Assembly: GCA_965205485.1 (NCBI GenBank)
Contig: OZ242180.1
Location: 3,360,001 to 3,424,000, forward strand
Length of the DNA stretch: 64,000 nt
Direction of reading: 5' to 3'
DNA from: Candidatus Latescibacterota bacterium
Lineage (GTDB): Bacteria > Latescibacterota > UBA2968 > GCA-2709665
Position 1 is the first letter of the stretch. Each line of letters opens with the position of its first letter. Below, piece after piece: positions 39,117 through 48,193 of this stretch. Position numbers and translations under genes: made by a program. The notes under the pieces are model-generated. The model ran no database searches. It was not told the origin of the DNA and saw nothing but the letters and a program-made list of their open reading frames with translations.

Positions 39117-40430
39117 ATGAAACTCTGGGTATTCACCTGCAGTGACAGCCCGTTCGAACACTGGCTCGACGGGTTCGAGGAGCGGTTCGATGCCTGGGAG
39201 GACGGCGGCGTGCGCGGTCTGGCCGTCGGCCGCATGACATTCCTCCAGGACGACGGCACCACCATTCCGGCGTGGGCTCCCGACCCGAAGGTGTACGGGG
39301 CCCTGGGGGCGGAAGTCCCGGAGCAGCGTCCGCGCGACCTCACAAAAGAGAAGAAGCTGCACGCCATGCTGGACAACGCCGCGAAGCGGGGCTGGCGACT
39401 GCTGATTTTCGCCGGAGGCGGCCCGACCGCCCACGTGCAGGACCAGATGAACGCCTTTCCACAGGTGCACGGCGTCATTGTCGACGGTCCGGGCGAAAAC
39501 CACTACGAGCTGGCCTTCCACCACGGGGGCGAGCTCCTGGAGGTCCGTCCGGGTGAGGAGGCCCGTTTCGCCCAGGTCGGCGCCGACATTGATCGAATAC
39601 AACGCGGCATCACCCACTTTCGGGAGCGGTTGCACAATCTGACACCGGAAATGGTGAGGTACCACGCCGACGGAGGAATGCTGGGGGCGATGCTCCTGTT
39701 CGACGTCAATGAGGACGTGCTCTACTGGCTGCGCAAGCGCCAGGAGCGCTCTCGCTTTGACTGGCAGTACATGCGGCAACAGGTCGACGCCGTCGATCGC
39801 ATGGTGGAGCTGGGCGGAATCCCGAGGGCCGCGGCGTGGTCATCGCTCACCGGACAGAACTACTGTCAGATGGCGGAGTATTTCGACTATATCTTTCCGA
39901 AACACTACTTCTGGCACCGCGGCATGGACGGCATGTACGGGACCATATCCCGCTGGGTAAAACGGTTGCGAAAGTGGAATCCGTCCCTGAGCGAGGCGGA
40001 GTGTTTCGCGGTCGTGAAGGCGCTGTTGGGCATCGATCTGCCCGGCGTCAACTCGCTTATGGACATGGAGATGGGTTTCCCCGACGAATTCTTCTCCAGG
40101 GTGGTCTACAACGAGACCCGGCGGGCCCTGGCGGCCATAGGCGATCCGGACAAGGTGATCGCCTGGGTGTCCACCGGGCGCCGCCCCCACGGCGGCGACC
40201 CGATGCAGGCGCGCGATCTCTACGGCATCCTGAATGCTTCACGGGAGGCGGGGTTGAAGCGATTCCTGTACCATCCCGAGCCGGATTTCGGGGCGGCGGA
40301 ATGGACCATCATCTCGTCGATGTGCGGAAACCAATGGGATGAAGACGCCGGCGGGTACTGGCCGACGGAGACCGACAAGCCGGGCTTCTGGGACGGCAGT
40401 CGCGAGGTACCCGAAGAGGGGCGAATTTGA
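39117..40430 (+). CDS. conserved hypothetical protein (paralog of 34477-35853)
   Basis: SD AGGAGG; extensive similarity to 34477-35853. Confidence 0.85.
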   Translation: MKLWVFTCSDSPFEHWLDGFEERFDAWEDGGVRGLAVGRMTFLQDDGTTIPAWAPDPKVYGALGAEVPEQRPRDLTKEKKLHAMLDNAAKRGWRLLIFAGGGPTAHVQDQMNAFPQVHGVIVDGPGENHYELAFHHGGELLEVRPGEEARFAQVGADIDRIQRGITHFRERLHNLTPEMVRYHADGGMLGAMLLFDVNEDVLYWLRKRQERSRFDWQYMRQQVDAVDRMVELGGIPRAAAWSSLTGQNYCQMAEYFDYIFPKHYFWHRGMDGMYGTISRWVKRLRKWNPSLSEAECFAVVKALLGIDLPGVNSLMDMEMGFPDEFFSRVVYNETRRALAAIGDPDKVIAWVSTGRRPHGGDPMQARDLYGILNASREAGLKRFLYHPEPDFGAAEWTIISSMCGNQWDEDAGGYWPTETDKPGFWDGSREVPEEGRI

Positions 40431-40576
40431 GCGAGATTTCTTTCTTGATGGATCAGCTCTACAGCGAATGAGCCAAACGGGGTTTTTCGACCGAATTCTT
40501 CCGCACAATCGAGAGTTGGCGGCGAAAAGACCAACATGAGCGCATTATACGTGAAAGGCTGTCCGGTGACTGTCAA

Positions 40577-41452
40577 ATGAAGCTACACATTCTCGGTAAC
40601 GGTGGTCCGCGTCCCAGCCGCATGGGTGAACGCTACGGGTGTTCCTGCATTCTCGAGATCGGTGACGATCGTATCATGGTTGATTGCGGCCCCGGCACAA
40701 CCTACAAGATGGCACGCATGGGAATGAGCCCTTCACAGGTGAATTCGGTTTTCCTGACTCACCATCATTCGGATCACATCGTTGATTTCCCGTGCTTTGC
40801 CCTGCTGCGGTTCGATCTCGACCCCGGCGATCTTCCTCCACTCAAAGTCTTTGGTCCGCCTCCGACAGTCGAATTCGTGGATCGCCTCTTTGGCAAGGAC
40901 GGCGCCTTCCTTCCTGATATCGTTGCGCGTCGGGAACACCACATCAGCCACCACGGGCACGTGGGGAGAGGCGGAACGCTTCCCCGCCCGGGCATGAAGG
41001 TCGATGTATCCGACATCAGTTCAGGAGCCGTTGTCGAGGGGAAGCGTTGGAAGACGACGGCTGTACAGGTTCCTCATGTCGAGCCCTACCTGACCGAGCT
41101 GGCGTACCGGATCGATACCGATAGTGGCAGCGTGCTCTTCCTGTGCGATGGCGCGGACTGTCCCGAACTGAGGCCATTGGCCAGGGGGGTCGATACATTC
41201 GTTACTGGGCTCTCTATGCGCAATTTCAAAGAGAGTGACGAAGATGCTTCGCATCCGATCCGGGGCGTCAGCGCGGACATCTCAGAGGTCGTTGACATCG
41301 CTAATGAAGCCGGCATATCGAGGGTTGTGGTCATCCACTGCGGTTCTCCGCACAGTGAGGAGGTCGTCGGCAGGCTGCGTCGAGGCTACCGAGGAAATGG
41401 ATATAGCGGTTGTATCGTGTGTCCTGACGAGCTTACGACGGTTGAGATATAG
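40577..41452 (+). CDS. MBL-fold metallo-hydrolase (RNase Z/arylsulfatase-like)
   Basis: ILGNGGP, VDCGPG, FLTHHHSDH. Confidence 0.88.
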   Translation: MKLHILGNGGPRPSRMGERYGCSCILEIGDDRIMVDCGPGTTYKMARMGMSPSQVNSVFLTHHHSDHIVDFPCFALLRFDLDPGDLPPLKVFGPPPTVEFVDRLFGKDGAFLPDIVARREHHISHHGHVGRGGTLPRPGMKVDVSDISSGAVVEGKRWKTTAVQVPHVEPYLTELAYRIDTDSGSVLFLCDGADCPELRPLARGVDTFVTGLSMRNFKESDEDASHPIRGVSADISEVVDIANEAGISRVVVIHCGSPHSEEVVGRLRRGYRGNGYSGCIVCPDELTTVEI

Positions 41453-41549
41453 GTTGTGTAAGAGCAGAGGATCGGCCTGAACCCGGCACGGACGGTTGAT
41501 CTTCGACATTCTACCGTTCACCGCCACAGCCAGATTCTTGAGATGTGAA

Positions 41550-42320
41550 ATGAATGATACCCTGCCATACTCAGTTGCGGTAATTTCAGATATTCACGGG
41601 AACGTGGCTGCGCTCAACGCTGTTCTTGAGGATCTGCGAAACCGACCCTATGACAGTCTGGTGGTCGCCGGTGACCTGGTGCTTAGCGGACCCCGTCCGG
41701 CCGAGAGTCTTGACGCAATACGGAATCTGGGGGTCCCCACGATTTACGGGAACACAGACCTGTTGGTCTTCGATGAACAGCATTCCGAGGAAAGACTGGT
41801 ATGGGTGAGAGAAAAGCTGGAAACGGATGGTGTGGACTATCTGAAGGGTCTGCCCATTGAGCACAGGATAACGCCGCCAGGTGGGCGATCTCCGGAGGAC
41901 GATCTTCTCATTGTGCACGCAACGCCTGCTGACGTGAATGGTATGTTGGTTCTTCAACCCGTTCCGTTCAGTCAGCGGCCGGTTACTCCGGAAGCCGAGG
42001 CCAGGACACTGCTGGGGGATGCGAAGGCCAATCTGATCGTGGCCGGACACCTTCACTATGCGTCCTGTGGCGTTCCGTGCGGTCAGCGATACAGCATTAT
42101 CGATTCGGTCGGGTTTCCGTATGACGGGGATCATCGAGCGGGATATGCCAGAGTGTGGTGGGACGGGCATGAATGGCACGTGGAAAATCACAGATTGAGT
42201 TACGATTACCGCAAGGTTGCGGAGGATCTCATGGGTTGTGGTGCGCAGTTTGGTGAGTTGTCAGCCCAAAGAATCCTTCAAGCCAGATTCAGGCCGGTCA
42301 CGCAGAATCCAGAAGCCTGA
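41550..42320 (+). CDS. metallophosphoesterase
   Basis: ISDIHGN, AGDLV, GNTD, VHA, GHLH. Confidence 0.9.
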   Translation: MNDTLPYSVAVISDIHGNVAALNAVLEDLRNRPYDSLVVAGDLVLSGPRPAESLDAIRNLGVPTIYGNTDLLVFDEQHSEERLVWVREKLETDGVDYLKGLPIEHRITPPGGRSPEDDLLIVHATPADVNGMLVLQPVPFSQRPVTPEAEARTLLGDAKANLIVAGHLHYASCGVPCGQRYSIIDSVGFPYDGDHRAGYARVWWDGHEWHVENHRLSYDYRKVAEDLMGCGAQFGELSAQRILQARFRPVTQNPEA

Positions 42321-42416
42321 TGGTGCGTGCAGGCGGTCTGCCCGTGACAGGCTTTGCCTGCAGAGCGACTTCATCAAAGGATTGTTAAACCGCGCGGCGA
42401 AAGGATATAAAGCACC

Positions 42417-43067
42417 ATGCTGAGAGCCATTCTCTGGGACAACGACGGCGTCCTGGTCGACACCGAAGGCCTGTACCTCCAGGCCTGCCGCGAAACCCTG
42501 GAACCCCTTGGCGTACGGCTGAGCGATGACCGTTTCGTCGAGCTCTTCCTCAAGGCCGGCGAAGGCCTTAGCAGGATCGGTGCCGAACACGGTATAGACG
42601 AACAGACGCTGGAGGCCGCCCGCGTCCGGCGCAATGCCCGCTACACCGAATTCTTGCACGCCGGCGTACCTGTCATCGACGGCGCCCGCCAGGTGCTGCG
42701 CCAGCTCCTCGGCACGGTGCGCATGGGCATCGTCACCAGTTCCCAGCGGGAGCACTTTGAGATCATCCACGCCACAACCGGCCTGCTGGACTTTTTCGAT
42801 TTCACGCTCGTTCGCGAAGACTACCGGCATTCCAAGCCCGCCCCCGAGCCCTACCTGACGGCCATGAGGCAAAACGGCCTCAGCGCCGCGGAATGTGTCG
42901 TTATCGAAGACTCGGACCGGGGGCTGCGCTCCGCAATGGCGGCCGGACTGCGCTGCATCGTCATACCACAGGGCCTGACGCGCGGCCTGGATTTCACCGG
43001 CGCCCTGCGGCAACTGACCGACATCCGTCAGGTCCCGCCGCTGATCGATGAGCTGATTCAAACTTAG
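42417..43067 (+). CDS. HAD-family phosphatase
   Basis: WDNDGVLVDTE, KPAPEPY, IEDSDRG. Confidence 0.92.
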   Translation: MLRAILWDNDGVLVDTEGLYLQACRETLEPLGVRLSDDRFVELFLKAGEGLSRIGAEHGIDEQTLEAARVRRNARYTEFLHAGVPVIDGARQVLRQLLGTVRMGIVTSSQREHFEIIHATTGLLDFFDFTLVREDYRHSKPAPEPYLTAMRQNGLSAAECVVIEDSDRGLRSAMAAGLRCIVIPQGLTRGLDFTGALRQLTDIRQVPPLIDELIQT

Positions 43068-43093
43068 TACTGTTTCAATTCCAGGAGAAAACA

Positions 43094-44551
43094 ATGACGG
43101 ACGAGAAAACGGCCTTCCTGTTTATTGACAATACGTTTGTCGAGAATCTCGACGGCGTCGTGCAAGGGGTCGTACCCGCAAAGAAGGTTTCGCACCAGCC
43201 GCTGATTGAGAAGGATCGGGCGTGGGAGGAGGAGTGGCTGATCGGGGGTTACGTCAACGTGCTGTACGACGACGACGAAGACATCTTCAAGATGTGGTAC
43301 GGCGTGAGCCGGAGATTGAGCGAAGCGCGTGGCGAAAGTGCGGACGGACTGGCCTACGTCGTGTCGCAGGACGGGATCCACTGGGAAAAACCCGTCCTCA
43401 ACCTCGTCGAGGACGCCGGCAGCAAAGAGAATAACCTGGTCTTTCCCTTCCTGAGGTGGGGGGCCGGAACGGGAGTCATGAAAGACCCCATCGAAACGGA
43501 CCCCGCCAAACGCTACAAGATGCTCTTTATGTTCCAGAGCGGAGACATGATATTCGCCGGTATCGTCCAGCCGGTCTGTGTGGCGTATTCTGCCGACGGG
43601 ATTCATTGGGACGTGCCCCAGCGCTGGCTCAATCCGGTCATTCCACAGGGCTCGGATACCCACCTGGTCGCCTATTGGGATACAAGAATCCACCGCTACG
43701 TCGTCTATCTGCGGGGCCGGCCTAACGTGCGCATCATCTGCATGGCCGAAAGCGATGATTTCGAAAACTGGACCCCGCGCAAGATCATCGTCGCACCCGA
43801 TGAGCACGATCCCCCGCAGGACCACGAGTTTTACGGAATGAGTTCGCTGGCGTATCGCGGCTTTCGCATCGGCTTCCTGTCCGTGTTTCACACGCTCAAC
43901 GAGGGGTGGATCGCCCGGAACCGGATCGAAGACTGGATGCCGGAATGGATGAACCGGATGGACATTCAGTTGACCTGTTCGAAGAACGGCCGGACCTGGC
44001 ATCGGGCGGGCAACCGCGAACCCATTCTGGAATGCGGCCCCCGCGGCAGCCACGACAGCGGAAGTGTCTATCCGTCTCATTCCCCCTTTGTCCGAGGCGA
44101 CGAGATCTGGGTCTATCACAGCTGCTCAAACGAACTGCACGGCGAGGGGACGCGCTACGGCGAAGAATCCCGGCGGGGAATCAATCTGGCAAAGATCGAA
44201 AAGGACCGGCTGGTCTGTCTGAAGACGGAGGCGCAGGGGGTCGTGACCACGGTCCCGCTGAGTATCCAGCCCAATGCATTGTGGATCAACGCCGATGCGA
44301 CCGGCGGTTCAATTCGAGTGGAGATCGTCGATCCGTTTGACCGGGTCGTGCCGGGTTTCGGCAAAGAAGACTGCATCCCTTTCTCGGCGAATGAAACAGA
44401 ATACCGGGTACAATGGAAAAGCGATCCGCAAGGCGCAGTCGGGGATAACGAAGGTGGACTCGAAGAGAAGATGGTCTCACAGGCTCGCGGCGGGGTCAAG
44501 GTCAAAGTGTACCTGGACCGCGCCAGGCTGTTTGCTCTTTACGCGTCCTGA
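43094..44551 (+). CDS. five-bladed beta-propeller glycoside hydrolase-like protein
   Basis: FKMWY, SQDGIHWEKP.L, SADGIHW, SDDFENW, SKNGRTW Asp-box-like repeats. Confidence 0.75.
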   Translation: MTDEKTAFLFIDNTFVENLDGVVQGVVPAKKVSHQPLIEKDRAWEEEWLIGGYVNVLYDDDEDIFKMWYGVSRRLSEARGESADGLAYVVSQDGIHWEKPVLNLVEDAGSKENNLVFPFLRWGAGTGVMKDPIETDPAKRYKMLFMFQSGDMIFAGIVQPVCVAYSADGIHWDVPQRWLNPVIPQGSDTHLVAYWDTRIHRYVVYLRGRPNVRIICMAESDDFENWTPRKIIVAPDEHDPPQDHEFYGMSSLAYRGFRIGFLSVFHTLNEGWIARNRIEDWMPEWMNRMDIQLTCSKNGRTWHRAGNREPILECGPRGSHDSGSVYPSHSPFVRGDEIWVYHSCSNELHGEGTRYGEESRRGINLAKIEKDRLVCLKTEAQGVVTTVPLSIQPNALWINADATGGSIRVEIVDPFDRVVPGFGKEDCIPFSANETEYRVQWKSDPQGAVGDNEGGLEEKMVSQARGGVKVKVYLDRARLFALYAS

Positions 44552-44595
44552 AGCCATTTCGCAGAATCACATGTCAGGCCGTGCGGAGGACCGCC

Positions 44596-45723
44596 ATGAT
44601 GTGGGAACTGCTGCATCCAGACCAGGACCAGGCCGAGGATGTGCCCTGCAGACGGGCGGCCTTTGGCGGGATGTTGAGCTACAATGGATGCGTCTACCTG
44701 TTCGGGGGGATAAAAGTGATGTACGGCCGGCCGAAAGGGCCCGGAGATCTCTCCGTCCAGGGTTCATTGAACGACCTGTGGCGCTACGACCCGGGTCCAG
44801 GCCTGTGGACGCGACTGGAAGACCATGATGGGCGCATCGGGTTCAGACCGTCCGACACCAGACCTTGTACCCGGAAGCTCACGACCTGGCTGCCGGCGAA
44901 CGGCAGGCTCTATCTTTTTGGCGGGTCCTCAGTACAGGGCCCCGGCGATCGGGGGATCAAACTGAACGATCTCTGGGCCTACGATCCGAAGACTGCCTCG
45001 TGGGAGCTGATAGAGCCCGACGACGGGCGCGCATCGGGAATTATGGCGGATGGGCATCGTCCCGCCGGTTACGGCGGGATGGGGGCGGCCGTCCTGGGTG
45101 ATTGCCTGTATCTGATGGGGGGACATGGCGCGATGACGCACGCACAGCTGTGGACCTACAGGGCGACGGCCGGGAAATGGGAGCACCTTGGGCCTTCATC
45201 GACAGGGTGTGACGGTTGGCCGCCGAAACGATACTGCCCCGCGTTTGCCGGCTGGAACGGCAGGCTCTACCTGTGGGGCGGTCGGGACAGCCAGGATCGA
45301 ACGCCGGAGTTCTACAACGATCTGTGGGAATACGATCCCGGCGGAGGCGCCTGGACCTGCATTGAGGAGAACCGGCCGGATGACGTTGCACGGCCTTCCC
45401 CCCGGTACGGGCTGGGATACGCTGTGATCGGAGATCACCTGTATCTGTTCGGAGGATTTGCAGGAGGGGAAGGGGAGCACCCACAGTTGAACGATCTGTG
45501 GCAGTACGATCTTCGAGCCGGCCGGTGGGACTGTCTGTATCCACACAACGGCGCGAAGGATTACTCTGCCGGCGCCGAACGTCCCGGTGTGAAGCGAATC
45601 CCCGTTATGACAGTGGGGGGCGGGTCCGCCTATCTCTTCGGGGGGCTCGACCTGGCTACCGGGCCGCAGGGTGAAGGGCCGCTGGCGGCGTACAACGATT
45701 TCTGGCGCGGAACCCCGGCCTGA
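44596..45723 (+). CDS. Kelch-repeat protein
   Basis: Repeated LYLFGG...NDLW.YD....W motifs. Confidence 0.88.
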   Translation: MMWELLHPDQDQAEDVPCRRAAFGGMLSYNGCVYLFGGIKVMYGRPKGPGDLSVQGSLNDLWRYDPGPGLWTRLEDHDGRIGFRPSDTRPCTRKLTTWLPANGRLYLFGGSSVQGPGDRGIKLNDLWAYDPKTASWELIEPDDGRASGIMADGHRPAGYGGMGAAVLGDCLYLMGGHGAMTHAQLWTYRATAGKWEHLGPSSTGCDGWPPKRYCPAFAGWNGRLYLWGGRDSQDRTPEFYNDLWEYDPGGGAWTCIEENRPDDVARPSPRYGLGYAVIGDHLYLFGGFAGGEGEHPQLNDLWQYDLRAGRWDCLYPHNGAKDYSAGAERPGVKRIPVMTVGGGSAYLFGGLDLATGPQGEGPLAAYNDFWRGTPA

Positions 45724-45795
45724 AGGGCAAACCCTTCGGAGTTCATCAACCCGCACAACGTTATGTGAAATCACTATAAGGCATGGGGAGTCATA

Positions 45796-46347
45796 ATGAT
45801 CGAACAAAATCACCTGGACCTCTTACTCGACCTGAACACCGACGAAAATCCTCACACCGGCGGATATCTTATGGATCATCTTCGGGGAACACACGACCTC
45901 CTCCAGGCTTGGGGCAACGACCAAACCGTGTGTCTTGGAGGTTTATTTCATAGCATCTACGGCACGCAATCCTACAAGACAGAGTCAGCATCGCTTGAAG
46001 ATCGCCAACGCATCCGCCAAGTGATTGGCGAGAGGGCCGAGCGATTGGCTTTTCTCTTCAGTGTTTCGATCCGCAGTGGGTTCTTCGAAGGATTAGGAAA
46101 GGAAGGGGCAACTGTGTGGAACCGTGTTCACGAGGAGAACATACCCGTCACGCAAGCGGATCTTAGCGACCTCATTGAAATGGAGGTTGCCAACTACTTG
46201 GAATTCATGCCGAGATCCCATTTCACGGTTGAGGAACTTGACAGGTTCGAGGCCAAAGTGGAGCGAGGGAAGCCCTTACTCTCACCCCTGGCCTACAAAG
46301 CGATCAAGGCAGGAATAGGATCGAAACGCCTTACCATAGCCTCGTAG
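45796..46347 (+). CDS. DUF6817-like (HD-related) protein, gene cassette
   Basis: HLRGT..LL..WG...CLGGLFHSIYGT...IGERAERL. Confidence 0.7.
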   Translation: MIEQNHLDLLLDLNTDENPHTGGYLMDHLRGTHDLLQAWGNDQTVCLGGLFHSIYGTQSYKTESASLEDRQRIRQVIGERAERLAFLFSVSIRSGFFEGLGKEGATVWNRVHEENIPVTQADLSDLIEMEVANYLEFMPRSHFTVEELDRFEAKVERGKPLLSPLAYKAIKAGIGSKRLTIAS

Positions 46348-46363
46348 GGAGAGAGGTGACTTC

Positions 46364-46437
46364 ACATAACGTATCCGTGCCCGGCTACGCCCTGCGCCCA
46401 ACCGCTTCGCGGTTCGGGAACGGGGAGAACGTTACAC
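46364..46437 (+). repeat. attC site
   Basis: TTCACATAAC (46361) complements GTTATGTGAA (45760); CCGTGCCCG/CGGGAACGG stem; R' GTTACAC. Confidence 0.85.
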
Positions 46438-46494
46438 GAACAATGAGGGCCTGGTCAATGAATTGGCCAACACTCTTCACAGATTGCCTGCAAT

Positions 46495-47262
46495 ATGGGT
46501 TTAGGCAAGCTTGTCGATAGTTGGAGAGGTGAAGAGGAACAGCTCTTCTCGGGATGGGACTTTTCCTGTCTGGATGGCAGGATGTTTGAAGAGCAAGCTC
46601 CATGGTCTTATTCTTTACGGGCTGCCGAGCTCATGCGTCGAGGCTCATCTGTTGTTGACCTGGGAACAGGTGGGGGTGAGCGGTTCCTGGACTTACAGGA
46701 ATACTGGCCTGAAGTGGTTGTGGCGACGGAGGAATATGCGCCAAACCTCAAGTTGGCAACAGAGCGACTCGTTCCATTGGGAGCGAAAGTTGTGGATGTG
46801 CGATTAACCGATCGCGATCCAGTGCCTTTTTCCGACAGTGAGTTTGATCTCGTTCTGAACCGCCATTCCGCATTCAATCCCAATGAAGTTGCCCGTATTC
46901 TCGCGCCTGGCGGCACGTTCCTGACACAACAGATCCATGGGCTGTGGGCCTATGACTTGCTGGCTGCATTCGACGTGAAACCGCAATGGCCCGGATCCAC
47001 CCTTGAAAGGTACGTGGCTCAATTGAGAAAGACGGGCCTGACCATTCTCAATGCCGATGAATGGTCTGGCCGGCTGGCTTTCGCCGACGTAGGCGCCGTG
47101 GTCTACTACTTGAAGGCGGTTCCCTGGCTGGTACCCGGGTTTACAGTCGAAACGCACGTGGAGCACCTGTTAAGGCTGCAACACCGGCTTGACAGCGGTG
47201 ATGAGCTGGCGTTCACGGCAAGGAAGTTCTTGATTGAAGCGCAAAAAGATGAGCTATCTTGA
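46495..47262 (+). CDS. class I SAM-dependent methyltransferase (cassette)
   Basis: FSGWDFS, VDLGTGGGE, FDLVLNRH, LAPGGTFLTQQ. Confidence 0.9.
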   Translation: MGLGKLVDSWRGEEEQLFSGWDFSCLDGRMFEEQAPWSYSLRAAELMRRGSSVVDLGTGGGERFLDLQEYWPEVVVATEEYAPNLKLATERLVPLGAKVVDVRLTDRDPVPFSDSEFDLVLNRHSAFNPNEVARILAPGGTFLTQQIHGLWAYDLLAAFDVKPQWPGSTLERYVAQLRKTGLTILNADEWSGRLAFADVGAVVYYLKAVPWLVPGFTVETHVEHLLRLQHRLDSGDELAFTARKFLIEAQKDELS

Positions 47263-47296
47263 ACCGCGCCATCTGGCATCGACGTCGACCATCTAC

Positions 47297-47399
47297 GTGT
47301 GACAACACGTTGGCGCGCTGCGGTGGCTAAAGCCGGCTTGGCGAGATGGCAACCCGACCATAGAGCCGTGTGGGTTGGCAATTGGCGGGATCGTTGGCC
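47297..47399 (+). repeat. attC-like site (family A, GAC inverse core)
   Basis: CGTGTGAC matches upstream core GTTACACG at 7/8; layout like 16613-16711; R' GTTGGCC. Confidence 0.65.
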
Positions 47400-47578
47400 G
47401 AAATTGTCCCACCCAATGAACAACGACATATAGCAGAAAAGGACAGGAATCCCCAACAAACCAGCCACTTAGAGTCCTCCCTCCATTCCTTTCCGTCTAC
47501 TCGTCTCGAATACTCCACAGGCAGTTCGGATCCCATCGAACGGCACGGTCTCGCACTCTCGCGTTTGTTCCTATACAT

Positions 47579-48002
47579 GTCATTCTGAGCGAAGTCGAAG
47601 CGTCTGTCGCCGCTTCGGTCTCGCGCTGCAGGCAAACGTGCTGCCTCTCAGGTATCGACACGTGCAAATCACACGGGGAGGAACCGATGCTGCAGTAGAT
47701 CCTTCGTCTGCCAGGGGGGCCTCCTCAGGGCTCTGGATGACAACGGGAAGCCACGTGCATGACAATCTTAAGACATGTCATTCTGAGCGCGCTGGCCTCC
47801 TCAGGATGGCATGTTCTGCAAAGGTGTGGGCTCTGCGTTTCGCCAAGGGCAATCGCAAAGCGCGTCAATCACAGCGCAGCGAAGAATCTCCCGTATTCTC
47901 GATTGTACGTGTCTCATATGGTCTTTGAAGACGACCTTGTGCGCGGACGCATCGATTGCCTGATGACCCTTCGACAGGCTCGGGGCAAGTCCTCAACATG
48001 AC
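47579..48002. repeat. REP-like repeat cluster (GTCATTCTGAGCG...GATGACA family)
   Basis: Two GTCATTCTGAGCG starts, GAAGAATCT and CCCTTCGACAGGCTC units; first ~140 bp homologous to 61917-62055. Confidence 0.7.
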
Positions 48003-48193
48003 AGTCTTCTCAAAGGTAGGATCGACTCGTTTCGCCAATGGTCTTGGACAATTTTTCCAGCCGTTTATTTCGCGATTTTCGTAGTTAATCAAATCCGTTC
48101 TTGGACAGGTGTGAGAAAAACACAGAATAAGTACACCCAATGCAATCCAAATGGGATATTATCGGTGAAGGCCTTCATAATCAGAGGATCGAG

